A stretch of DNA of 64,000 nucleotides. It comes from an uncultured Clostridia bacterium (lineage in GTDB: Bacteria; Bacillota; Clostridia; Oscillospirales; Acutalibacteraceae). The translations under genes and the position numbers were made by a program. The notes below the pieces were generated by a model that worked only from the letters and a program-made list of their open reading frames with translations, had not been told where the DNA came from and searched no databases. This document shows positions 48,813 to 57,490 of this stretch, in pieces; positions within the stretch are counted from its first letter, which is position 1; each line of letters opens with the position of its first letter. The DNA is taken from contig CALWIW010000006.1 in assembly GCA_944380855.1 (NCBI GenBank), positions 1,183 to 65,182 on the forward strand. Reading direction: 5' to 3'.

Positions 48813-50372
48813 TTATTTGTATCTTTTGTTTTCGTTATCTGCGTGTCTGGATTTTGAAAATCTCTTTTTCTCTGCCAACACAACGAAAGCAAATGACGCC
48901 GCCATAACCGCTGCGATAATTATAAACCATTTAACAAAATCGCCGTTATTTTTAACATCTGCACCGATGCTTGCAACGCCTGAACTTGTTATGCTCTGCA
49001 TAGCCTCGTTGGAATTTTTAGAAGCCTCTGTAATAACCTCTGTGGTAGCCTGAACCGTTGTCGGTGCTTCGGTTATCTCTTCGGTTGTGGGAGCTTCTGT
49101 TGCTGCTTCTGTTGTAGGAGCCTCTGTGGTCGCTTCTGTAGTTTCCTCTTGGATATTTTCTTCCGCAACCTGGGCTTCTTCCTCAACATTTGCTTCCATC
49201 ATAGTTTCTTCGGTTGACTCTACATTTATTCTGTAATTTTCTGCTTCATCGCTGAAAAGAAGTTCGTATGTAGCCCCGTCAACCTCACCTGTTACAGAAA
49301 GTGAAGCAACGTACTGGAACGCTGAAACCGCTTCTTCAGTTACCTCTCCGTAGAATGTGGTAACCTCTTCGGTAAAGTATCCCAAATCCTTAAGTCTTTG
49401 CTGTATTTGTGCAACCTCAGAGCTGAAATCGCCGTATCTGTAAACACCGTCGTCTACAACCTCAGGCTCTGTTGGAGCTTCAGTGGTCGGTTCTTCTGTT
49501 TCCGGCTCTGTAGGCTCCGGCTCAGGAGTCGGTGCATAAGGAGCATTATCAGAGAAGAGAATTTCCATATCTGATCCTGCAATACCGTCTACGGTAACTC
49601 CTGCCGCTGCCTGAAACGCCTTATAAGCTGCTTCTGTAACGCTTCCGAAGTAGCCTGTTACATCTTCATTGAAATATCCAAGCTCTTTAAGTCTTTCCTG
49701 TATTTCAATTACCTTTTGACCGCTTGAACCCTTCATGTAATATGTAGGCTCTGAAGAACCGCTGTTTGAAGAATCATCGGCAACTCCTGACATATCTTCA
49801 GGCACCTTGTCGGAAGCTCCGTCGCTTCCGAAAGAATATGTAACTCCGTCAATTGTTCTTTGGGTATTTGTTATGTACTGGCCGTTTTCATAGTAGTAGT
49901 AACCGCCGTTAAACTGTTCCCAGCCTGTTGTAGGATATGTAACGCCCGGAACTGTACACCATTTTGTCCAATTCATATTGTATGCGTTGGAATAGCATAC
50001 TCCGTAAGCTGAACCTCTTGCGTCAACAGACATTCCGTTTCCAACATAAACTCCGATATGACCCGGCTTCCAAACTGCAAGACCGTGAATATTCGGAATA
50101 CCGTCGCTTACGTAACCGATATTGTCTGAGTTTTCAATAATATCAACTCTGTATCCGCCGGCATATGAATAAATCAAACCGGAGCAGTCAACTGCACCCG
50201 GAGAAGCTCCGCCCCAAACATAAGACCATCCGCTGTAATAAGCATTTAGAGCCCATTCTGCAAGACCTACACCTGTACCGCTTGCCCCTGCCGTTACTGA
50301 CGCCACAACAAAAGTTGATGCAATAACCGCCATAACCAGGATAACAGAAACGGCTTTTTTCAGATGTGCCAT
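48813..50372 (-). CDS. Membrane-anchored NlpC/P60 hydrolase with two peptidoglycan-binding domains and Thr/Glu/Pro-rich stalk
   Basis: YVWGG..VDCSGL..GHIGVY; two IQxRLKxLGY PG_binding_1 repeats; TEAPT repeats; C-terminal TM and basic tail. Start refined to ATG 50372. Confidence 0.85.
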   Translation of the reverse strand: MAHLKKAVSVILVMAVIASTFVVASVTAGASGTGVGLAEWALNAYYSGWSYVWGGASPGAVDCSGLIYSYAGGYRVDIIENSDNIGYVSDGIPNIHGLAVWKPGHIGVYVGNGMSVDARGSAYGVCYSNAYNMNWTKWCTVPGVTYPTTGWEQFNGGYYYYENGQYITNTQRTIDGVTYSFGSDGASDKVPEDMSGVADDSSNSGSSEPTYYMKGSSGQKVIEIQERLKELGYFNEDVTGYFGSVTEAAYKAFQAAAGVTVDGIAGSDMEILFSDNAPYAPTPEPEPTEPETEEPTTEAPTEPEVVDDGVYRYGDFSSEVAQIQQRLKDLGYFTEEVTTFYGEVTEEAVSAFQYVASLSVTGEVDGATYELLFSDEAENYRINVESTEETMMEANVEEEAQVAEENIQEETTEATTEAPTTEAATEAPTTEEITEAPTTVQATTEVITEASKNSNEAMQSITSSGVASIGADVKNNGDFVKWFIIIAAVMAASFAFVVLAEKKRFSKSRHADNENKRYK

Positions 50373-50451
50373 CGGACTCAACCTCCTTACTTGAGTAGAT
50401 TATTTATTGTTACAAGGAACTCGGCAACGCGGGTTACATCAAATTACAACT

Positions 50452-50498
50452 TGTAACAATGTTGTAATCATTATAGCACGTCCACCTTTTAATTTCAA
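50452..50498 (-). promoter_or_regulatory. sigma-A promoter with adjacent WalR-like box
   Basis: TTGAAA-17-TATAAT with TG (50498-50470, minus strand). TGTAAC-N5-TGTAAT at 50452-50468. Confidence 0.6.
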
Positions 50499-50748
50499 TA
50501 CCTTTCATATAATTTTCACCTTTGTATCATATTGCAAACTGTGCCTTTTATTGATTTATTGGCTTGTTTTACCCGTTTTAATTAATATTTTGCACAAAAA
50601 AAGCTGAATAACGGCGTTTTTGAAGAGTTTTTGTTTTTTTATAGAATAATTTTTTTATTTGCTAAACTCACCCCAACATTAACAGCTTTGTTATTTTTTG
50701 TGTAAATAATACATATAATAAATTTTTATATACAAAAAATCTTACAAT

Positions 50749-53355
50749 TTAATTTTCTGTTAATCCATCAACATATAACAGGTTATTGCCTGTTATTTCA
50801 TATATTCCCGGTGTAAGTTTTTTTTTCTCATTTTGAAATATCATTTTTTCAAAATCATTGCTGTCCATAAAAAAGTAAAACTTTGTCACAGTCGTTCCGT
50901 CAGAGAGTGTTTCCGCCTTTGAGTCAATATACGTTCCTTTGCAGGGAATATACCACAGAACTTCACCGCTTCCGTTATCATTGTAATAATCAGCAAGCCA
51001 GTAACCGGAAACAGAATCAGAAAAAGTATTTAATTTAAAAGAGCCACCTAATAATATGTCGTTGTTAAAAATATCTATTACATCCACATTAGCAGTAGAA
51101 AAAGCTTTCATATCAGGGACAACAATTTCACCTGCACCATTTATTACTATGGTAACATCGTATATATCATTATAGTAAGCTGTACCTCCGCCCGTGTATG
51201 TATCCTCGTCCAATTGGTTGTCCAAAGAAATCTCAACGGGAGCAGATGTGTATTTCTTTATTTCCTGATTATCTGCTACCTGATATATATCATTTGAACT
51301 GTACTGTAAAAACACATTGCCATTGACTACCGCTATCTCCTTTAAGTAATCATTGTAAGGTGCTGTATAGGTCATGTTAACAACTGTTCTCGTTTCTGCC
51401 GTCTTTATGTTGTACTCATATAATCTTACGGTGTTGATTGTTTCTCCGTTATTATTGTCAAAAAATTCTTCGTTGTCTGAGTAATAAATACAGTCCTTAT
51501 TGAAAATGTCATAGGTAACAACATTATTCATAACACTATGGTATGTGTCTGTAAACTCATGGGAAATATCCGCAAGCATTTTATATTCATTGTTTTGTAT
51601 ATCAAAACACATCACTTCGTTATAATTCAAATAATACAGCTTATTATCAAGCAATATATCAAGGCTTATTTGTTCATATTCATAATCGACTATTCTTTTC
51701 ATCGGAGAAACTGTCAGTTTATCCTTAGGTATATTATAAGCCATTAAATCCACAGTTGTCCCGTGTTCGTCTGTTGAAGCGTAAAACAACACATAGTCAT
51801 CTGCAAGACGATATTCCATATCGGTTTTAAAGTACTTGGCAATAAGCTTGTTTTCTTCTGTTTCAAAATTATAGCAGTAAAGGCACACATCGTAAGCCGG
51901 ATCAAACAGGGTATAAACCAGTGTCTTTCCCGATACTCCTATAAACTCGTTAAGCTCTTTGTCCACCTGAGAATACCAGTCCATAACCAATGACTTTTCC
52001 ATTTTTGAAATTACCTTATCAGTTCCGTTAGGCGTAACGGCTTCTTCAATAGACATGACAACCTCGTCAGTATCAGTGTTTCCTGCGTTTTCACCGTTGC
52101 CTATAATCTCGAATACAGGGAACTCTGCCGCTTCATACGGATATATTTCAAGAAAACTATAATTTTCCTGTGCCGTAAGCTCTACCTTTAAGCCTTCAAG
52201 TACACAAAAATATGTGCCGCTGTCCTGAGAATAAACCAAATCCTCGGATATTTCAGCCATACCTGAAACATCAAGCATTGATGCGGAAACCATATCGCAA
52301 AAATCATTGAAATCGGTGAGCAGACTGTTGTCGGCACAGTAAACCCAAGCTTTGACAATATGTCCTGTTTCCTCAGTGACATCAATATTTACGCCTACAG
52401 TTTCAAAAAGTTCACCGCTGCTGAAATCTAAAGTATATTCCTCAACCTGAGAATACCATAAATCAGAAACTATACGCACCGGGTTTCTGAACATATCTTC
52501 AACCGTAACTCCAAGCTTTGCCTTGCTTTCTGCGTCCAGATTTGTACCTGTGTATTTTTCCACATATTTTATGTATTGCTGTTTCAGATTTCCCTGAAAT
52601 TCAAACAGTGTTAAATCCGTGGTTGAGTAGCCTGTATAACTGTCTGTAATTACCCTTTTTTCTGTATAGTATCTTTCCAATGGCTCTACCGAATATTCTG
52701 AGCTTTTAAACTCAATTACAAAGCCCTCGTCCTCAGAGGTAAGCTTCAGCTGTTCTGTCCAGTAGGCTATGGCATTTTCGCTGATATCAGAAACAGCAAT
52801 CTTCAGCAAAGCCTCCAAGCACTCATTTATGTTATCATCTGCGGAAAAATACAGACTCCAGTCACCGTACTTTGCTTCACATTTCAGCACTCTGTTTCCG
52901 GACAGATTAATTTGAAAATTATAATTTAAATCCTCATCAATCAAAAAACTGTCGGTAAAAGTGTTTTCCTCCGCAGCCGCAGTGTTCCATAATCTCACAA
53001 AATCAGAATAGGATATATATGTGTATTCTGACTGTACCTGTTCAGCCATAGTATCCTGCTGAGGAACATTGTTTATACCGTTTTCACTGTCGTCACAGCT
53101 CTTTCCGAGAAATATAATCAAGGCAATTACAGCAATAAAAACAACAATTATAATTAAGCTTTTCTTTTTTATTTTCCTTTTTTCCTCTTTTTCTAATGAA
53201 TTATAAGAAAAAAGTTTATTAAAATAACCGTTTTTTTCTTTCTCTAAATCCACTCTTTCTCCACAGTTTCCGCAGAAAAGAGCATTTTCATTTAAAGGCT
53301 TTCCGCACTTTTTACAGCTTTTCACAGTCTTCACCCCTATTCCACTATTTACCAC
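50749..53355 (-). CDS. Zinc-ribbon domain, single-pass membrane protein with large acidic extracellular region
   Basis: CKKCG...FCGNCG, TM helix at about aa 66-83; remainder not recognised. Confidence 0.75.
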   Translation of the reverse strand: MVNSGIGVKTVKSCKKCGKPLNENALFCGNCGERVDLEKEKNGYFNKLFSYNSLEKEEKRKIKKKSLIIIVVFIAVIALIIFLGKSCDDSENGINNVPQQDTMAEQVQSEYTYISYSDFVRLWNTAAAEENTFTDSFLIDEDLNYNFQINLSGNRVLKCEAKYGDWSLYFSADDNINECLEALLKIAVSDISENAIAYWTEQLKLTSEDEGFVIEFKSSEYSVEPLERYYTEKRVITDSYTGYSTTDLTLFEFQGNLKQQYIKYVEKYTGTNLDAESKAKLGVTVEDMFRNPVRIVSDLWYSQVEEYTLDFSSGELFETVGVNIDVTEETGHIVKAWVYCADNSLLTDFNDFCDMVSASMLDVSGMAEISEDLVYSQDSGTYFCVLEGLKVELTAQENYSFLEIYPYEAAEFPVFEIIGNGENAGNTDTDEVVMSIEEAVTPNGTDKVISKMEKSLVMDWYSQVDKELNEFIGVSGKTLVYTLFDPAYDVCLYCYNFETEENKLIAKYFKTDMEYRLADDYVLFYASTDEHGTTVDLMAYNIPKDKLTVSPMKRIVDYEYEQISLDILLDNKLYYLNYNEVMCFDIQNNEYKMLADISHEFTDTYHSVMNNVVTYDIFNKDCIYYSDNEEFFDNNNGETINTVRLYEYNIKTAETRTVVNMTYTAPYNDYLKEIAVVNGNVFLQYSSNDIYQVADNQEIKKYTSAPVEISLDNQLDEDTYTGGGTAYYNDIYDVTIVINGAGEIVVPDMKAFSTANVDVIDIFNNDILLGGSFKLNTFSDSVSGYWLADYYNDNGSGEVLWYIPCKGTYIDSKAETLSDGTTVTKFYFFMDSNDFEKMIFQNEKKKLTPGIYEITGNNLLYVDGLTEN

Positions 53356-53362
53356 CGTATTT

Positions 53363-53608
53363 TCATTTATCTTTGTTTTTTACAGAAACGCCTATGCAAA
53401 GGAATACTACAGCCAAAATTAAAAACACAAACACTAATGCCGTAAAAATATTCGGAAGCATGAGCAATAATCCGTCATACTCTGACGGAAAAATTTCATA
53501 AACCGCCCTTGCTGGTCTGTTGCTTATTGCTATAGGAACACACATACCGCATATTAAAGTCAAAGCTATAAATACTCCGGACAAAATAAACCATATTCTA
53601 TATTTCAT
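53363..53608 (-). CDS. Small 2-TM hypothetical protein
   Basis: 81 aa, two hydrophobic segments, AAGGGG RBS, tightly packed in the operon. Confidence 0.65.
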   Translation of the reverse strand: MKYRIWFILSGVFIALTLICGMCVPIAISNRPARAVYEIFPSEYDGLLLMLPNIFTALVFVFLILAVVFLCIGVSVKNKDK

Positions 53609-53625
53609 AATAACCCCTTCTTTCT

Positions 53626-54003
53626 CTATCCCCTCAAAAATCCGAAATTCTGCATAAAGTCCTGTCTTGCTTTCTTCGGGTCTTTGCCGTTTATCTGAAA
53701 TTTCAGTTCTTCTCCTGTTTTAAGCAAAAACTTAATTCCTGCTCCCGTTCCCTCTATAAAGGATAATTTGTAATCTGTAACGGAAACTATGTCTGAAAAA
53801 GGAAGGGATAAATAATCCTTTCCCGCAAGAGAAAGAACACCAAAAGCCGCCACATTTAAAGCTCCGGCTTTTTCCCAAATAAATCTTTTATTTGTTAAAA
53901 TTATTCTCCCCGCCACACGCAGACCTTTCATTATCGTTCCCTGACGGCAGAAAAATATTGTTTCTCCCTCTTCAAGTTTAGTTTTTATGTTTGCCATATC
54001 CAT
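53626..54003 (-). CDS. GRAM/PH-like domain hypothetical protein
   Basis: GRIILTNKRFIW..LSLPFSDIVSV resembles PH-fold/GRAM signature. Start probably ATG 54003. Confidence 0.6.
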   Translation of the reverse strand: MDMANIKTKLEEGETIFFCRQGTIMKGLRVAGRIILTNKRFIWEKAGALNVAAFGVLSLAGKDYLSLPFSDIVSVTDYKLSFIEGTGAGIKFLLKTGEELKFQINGKDPKKARQDFMQNFGFLRG

Positions 54004-54148
54004 AAAATTCACCCCTATTTAATTAATTAAGCCAATTATATCAGAAACAAAACGTTTCTGCAATAGTCATTTAGGAAACTTATCGTTTTATTTGTGGTAT
54101 TACCCATCAAATTATTTGTATAATAACTTTTATACAGAGGTGAATCCA

Positions 54149-54559
54149 ATGAAAAAAAGCCAGCACATATTGCCGCAAAGATTAAAGGAACTCCGTAAAA
54201 AAAACAATTTAAGCCAATATAAATTAGCCGAGGAACTTGGAGTATCAAGAGGTCTTTTAAGCAATTACGAGCAGGGAAGCAGAGAGCCGGATTTCAACAC
54301 CCTCATGCTCATTGCCGATTATTACTGTGTTTCCATTGATTATCTTATGGGGATAACCAACGTAAAACAAAGATTTCTGAGTACGGAGGAACAAAATAAA
54401 TATTATTCGATCTTTGAGGACATCACCGGTTTGGAAAAAGAAAGTCTTGATGAACTTCAAAAATATATCGACCTTTTAAAAATTAGAGATAATCTGCACC
54501 ATGCCGAAAATAAAAAATTATCCGGCTTGACTTCGAAAAGAAATATTGAAGCAGGCTGA
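54149..54559 (+). CDS. XRE-family transcriptional regulator
   Basis: RLKELRKKNNLSQYKLAEELGVSRGLLSNYEQGSREP. Start refined to ATG 54149. Confidence 0.9.
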   Translation: MKKSQHILPQRLKELRKKNNLSQYKLAEELGVSRGLLSNYEQGSREPDFNTLMLIADYYCVSIDYLMGITNVKQRFLSTEEQNKYYSIFEDITGLEKESLDELQKYIDLLKIRDNLHHAENKKLSGLTSKRNIEAG

Positions 54560-54616
54560 TTTTATATATTAAATCTGCAACTCATACCATGTCAGTAAAT
54601 GGTTTTTGATACCGCA

Positions 54617-54654
54617 AAGGGCAGACAATGGAAAAATTACCATTGTCCGCCCTT
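54617..54654. terminator. Terminator between convergent genes
   Basis: AAGGGCAGACAATGG/CCATTGTCCGCCCTT. Confidence 0.7.
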
Positions 54655-54682
54655 ATTATAATTATTATAAATTAACAATACG

Positions 54683-55183
54683 CTAAGACTTTGCAGAAAA
54701 AAGTTTTCTTCCTATCAAATAACCCAAAAGACATACGGCGGCACCGCCCATTGCACCTGCCATATCTATCAGCACATCTTGAATTAAAGGTCCTCTGCCT
54801 GACAGTATTTGTATGCTTTCGTCCGCAACGGCAATCGCCAATGGAACGGAAATCATATTCCAAAGTTTTTGAATTTTATAAAACAATCCGCCGTTAAGCT
54901 TCTTTTTTGAAAAAACCACATTCAGAAAAAACATTTCCGCTCCCAATACCCCATACTCAATTATATGTGCCGATTTTCTTATATAGCTTACAACATAATC
55001 GAAAAAAGGTATTTCCGCAGGCACTACATTTTCAACAATCTTCTCCGTAATTGTGCTTTGCACCCCGGAAATAGGTTTCGGCAGAGCGGAATTAAACCAT
55101 ATAACAGCCACTGTAGCTATTGTAAGAATAATAAACGCCGTTTTCAGTTTTTCACTGCTGATTTTTCTATTAGCTTTACTCAT
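54683..55183 (-). CDS. VanZ family membrane protein
   Basis: IRKSAHIIEYGVLG, ADESIQ...GR..DVLID. Confidence 0.88.
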   Translation of the reverse strand: MSKANRKISSEKLKTAFIILTIATVAVIWFNSALPKPISGVQSTITEKIVENVVPAEIPFFDYVVSYIRKSAHIIEYGVLGAEMFFLNVVFSKKKLNGGLFYKIQKLWNMISVPLAIAVADESIQILSGRGPLIQDVLIDMAGAMGGAAVCLLGYLIGRKLFSAKS

Positions 55184-55277
55184 ATAATCACAACCGATTT
55201 TATTAAAATAACAACTACAATTATAACTGAAAACAGCAAAAAGTATACAAATACTTTTAAATTTAATTTTTTTACAC

Positions 55278-56285
55278 TTATAAGTTAACTATATTTATCA
55301 GATGTGCAATTCCGGGAATTGACTGATTTTGACCGCTGGTAGTGGGACTTAACAAAGCACCTGTGGCGGCAACCAAAACATTGTTAAGTTCTTTCTTTTC
55401 CATACTTTTTAAAATATAAGAACACAGAACGGAAGCACAGCAGCCGCACCCGGAACCTCCCGCACAAACCTGTTTGTCCTCACAGTCAAAAATCATCGCA
55501 CCGCAGTCCTTATGTCTGCCCTCTGTTTCATATCCGTCTTTTCTCAGAAGCTCTGCCAAAAGCTTACTGCCTACCGCTCCTAAATCTCCCGTAAATATCA
55601 TGTCGTAATCCTGAGGAGTTGTTGAGGTATCACGGAAAAAAGCGGATATAGTATCTGCCGCAGCCGGAGCCATTGCCGCTCCCATGTTGTTTGCGTCTTT
55701 TATTCCCAAGTCCACAATTTTACCGGGGACTATATACGACACCGTCTGACCTGCCCCTGAAGGCTCCAGCAGACAGCCGCCTGCACCGGTAACAGTCCAC
55801 TGTGCCGTGGGAGTGCGAAAGCCGCCGTATTCCAGGGGATATCTGTACTGTCTTTCAGCAGAACAAAAATGGGATGAGGTTACACACAGGCAGGCGGAAG
55901 CTCCTCCTGATTCTATTGCCGTCACGGCAGAAATAATTGACTGTATCATTGTAGAGCAGGCTCCGTACTGCCCCATATAGGGTATATTCATATCTTTCAT
56001 TCCAAAGGCTGAGGCTGTACATTGATTAAGCAAATCTCCTGCAAAAATTAAATCAATGTCCTTGGCCTGTTTTTTGCTTTGATTTAAAACCATCTGTGCC
56101 ACGGTTTTTTGCAGACGGCTTTCCGCTTTCTCCCATGTTGTTTCCCCCATATACATATCCAGAAACACCTTATGGAAATACTGACCTAAAGGTCCCTGCC
56201 CCTCTTTTTCTCCCACAGCAGATGCAAAATAAGTTATGGAAGGATTTTTTTCGGTTTTATAAGTTGAGTTGCCTATCTTTTTCAA
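55278..56285 (-). CDS. spoVAD: Stage V sporulation protein AD
   Basis: KEGQGPL, WEKAES, AGDLLNQC, GACST, SSHFCSAERQYRYPLEYG, TGDLG, GGSGCGC. Confidence 0.95.
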   Translation of the reverse strand: MKKIGNSTYKTEKNPSITYFASAVGEKEGQGPLGQYFHKVFLDMYMGETTWEKAESRLQKTVAQMVLNQSKKQAKDIDLIFAGDLLNQCTASAFGMKDMNIPYMGQYGACSTMIQSIISAVTAIESGGASACLCVTSSHFCSAERQYRYPLEYGGFRTPTAQWTVTGAGGCLLEPSGAGQTVSYIVPGKIVDLGIKDANNMGAAMAPAAADTISAFFRDTSTTPQDYDMIFTGDLGAVGSKLLAELLRKDGYETEGRHKDCGAMIFDCEDKQVCAGGSGCGCCASVLCSYILKSMEKKELNNVLVAATGALLSPTTSGQNQSIPGIAHLINIVNL

Positions 56286-56330
56286 AAAAACACCCCTTTT
56301 ACAGATATTCTCTGCAAAAAGGGTGTTTTT
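56284..56330 (-). terminator. Terminator hairpin overlapping the spoVAD RBS and start
   Basis: AAAAACACCC-TTTT...AAAAGGGGTGTTTTT on the minus strand; the TTG start lies in the U tract. Confidence 0.65.
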
Positions 56331-56359
56331 ATACCTGACAAATTATAGAGTTACTTTTA

Positions 56360-57298
56360 TTACCATTTTTCCACGGTATAGCCCTTGTTTTCCAAAAGCT
56401 GAATAATACCGTCGTCGCCAAACATATGAGCCGCTCCCACAGCAAGGAAAACTGTCGCCCCGCCCTCGATATATCTCTCTGCGGCAAGAGCCATGTTCTC
56501 ATTGCGTACTGTCAGCATTTTTTCGTTGTATTCGTCCAACAGCTCCTGAGCGTCCTCGGTAAGGAGTGAACTTGACACATCATTTTCGCTGTTAATAATA
56601 CTTATTAATTGCTTTTCATCTCCCGTTACCCAGGCTTCATACATTGCATTTAATGACACATTGTACATATCGCTTGTGGTGGCAACAACAGAGCTTAAAA
56701 GAAATTCCTGCAACTCCGGCGAAAATGCTTTCAGCATATCCATCTGTATAGACATACTCTCTATATCGAGAATTTCAATATCGTTATTGTTTGCGTACTC
56801 AATCAAGCCTCTGTCCGCTCCGTACTCCACAGACAGGTCGCTGTTTTGCATATAAGCCTGATTTACAAACTGCTGCCACATAATAGGCATATAGTAATCC
56901 ATCATCGCATTATAAAAACCGTTTTCTTCCAAAATCGTCTTTGCTTTTTCATAGACTTCACTGTCCACATGGTCCTGTATTGTGGTTCCGTCTGTATAAA
57001 CGAAATTTTGATATTCTTCTATCATCGAAGCCATATCGCTTTCCGTTTCCGTAATATCAAATTCTACCGCCAAATAGTCGCAGACGTCCAAAACATCGGT
57101 AACTCTTTCCGGCAATTCTTTAATTCTTTCATCGCCCATGTGTATAGTACCCATAAGATAAAGACAGCCGCCCTCATCGTCGGTTACAACCCACATAAGA
57201 GGATTTGCGTCTGAGGTTTTCGTACCGCTGCCGCAGGCGGTAAAAGAAAACGCCATAACAACGGTCATAATTGCCGCTAAAATTCTGCTTTTTTTCAT
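56360..57298 (-). CDS. TraB/GumN family lipoprotein
   Basis: Lipobox FTAC, YLMGTIH, RNENM, AVGAAHM. Start refined to ATG 57298. Confidence 0.88.
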   Translation of the reverse strand: MKKSRILAAIMTVVMAFSFTACGSGTKTSDANPLMWVVTDDEGGCLYLMGTIHMGDERIKELPERVTDVLDVCDYLAVEFDITETESDMASMIEEYQNFVYTDGTTIQDHVDSEVYEKAKTILEENGFYNAMMDYYMPIMWQQFVNQAYMQNSDLSVEYGADRGLIEYANNNDIEILDIESMSIQMDMLKAFSPELQEFLLSSVVATTSDMYNVSLNAMYEAWVTGDEKQLISIINSENDVSSSLLTEDAQELLDEYNEKMLTVRNENMALAAERYIEGGATVFLAVGAAHMFGDDGIIQLLENKGYTVEKW

Positions 57299-57421
57299 AT
57301 ATCTTCCCCCTTCGGTTATATGATGAAAAGTATAACACAAATTTTTAAAAATTAAAATATATTTTTAATTTTTTTATATTAATGAATATAGTTAAATTAC
57401 ATAATCTATAAAACTATAAAA

Positions 57422-57452
57422 AGCGGAACAAGCAAAGTTTTGCCGTTCCGCT
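57422..57452 (-). terminator. Rho-independent terminator
   Basis: AGCGGAAC/GTTCCGCT stem preceded by an A tract. Confidence 0.6.
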
Positions 57453-57490
57453 CTTAAGTGATTTTATTTTTTCTTCTTTATTACCTTATT

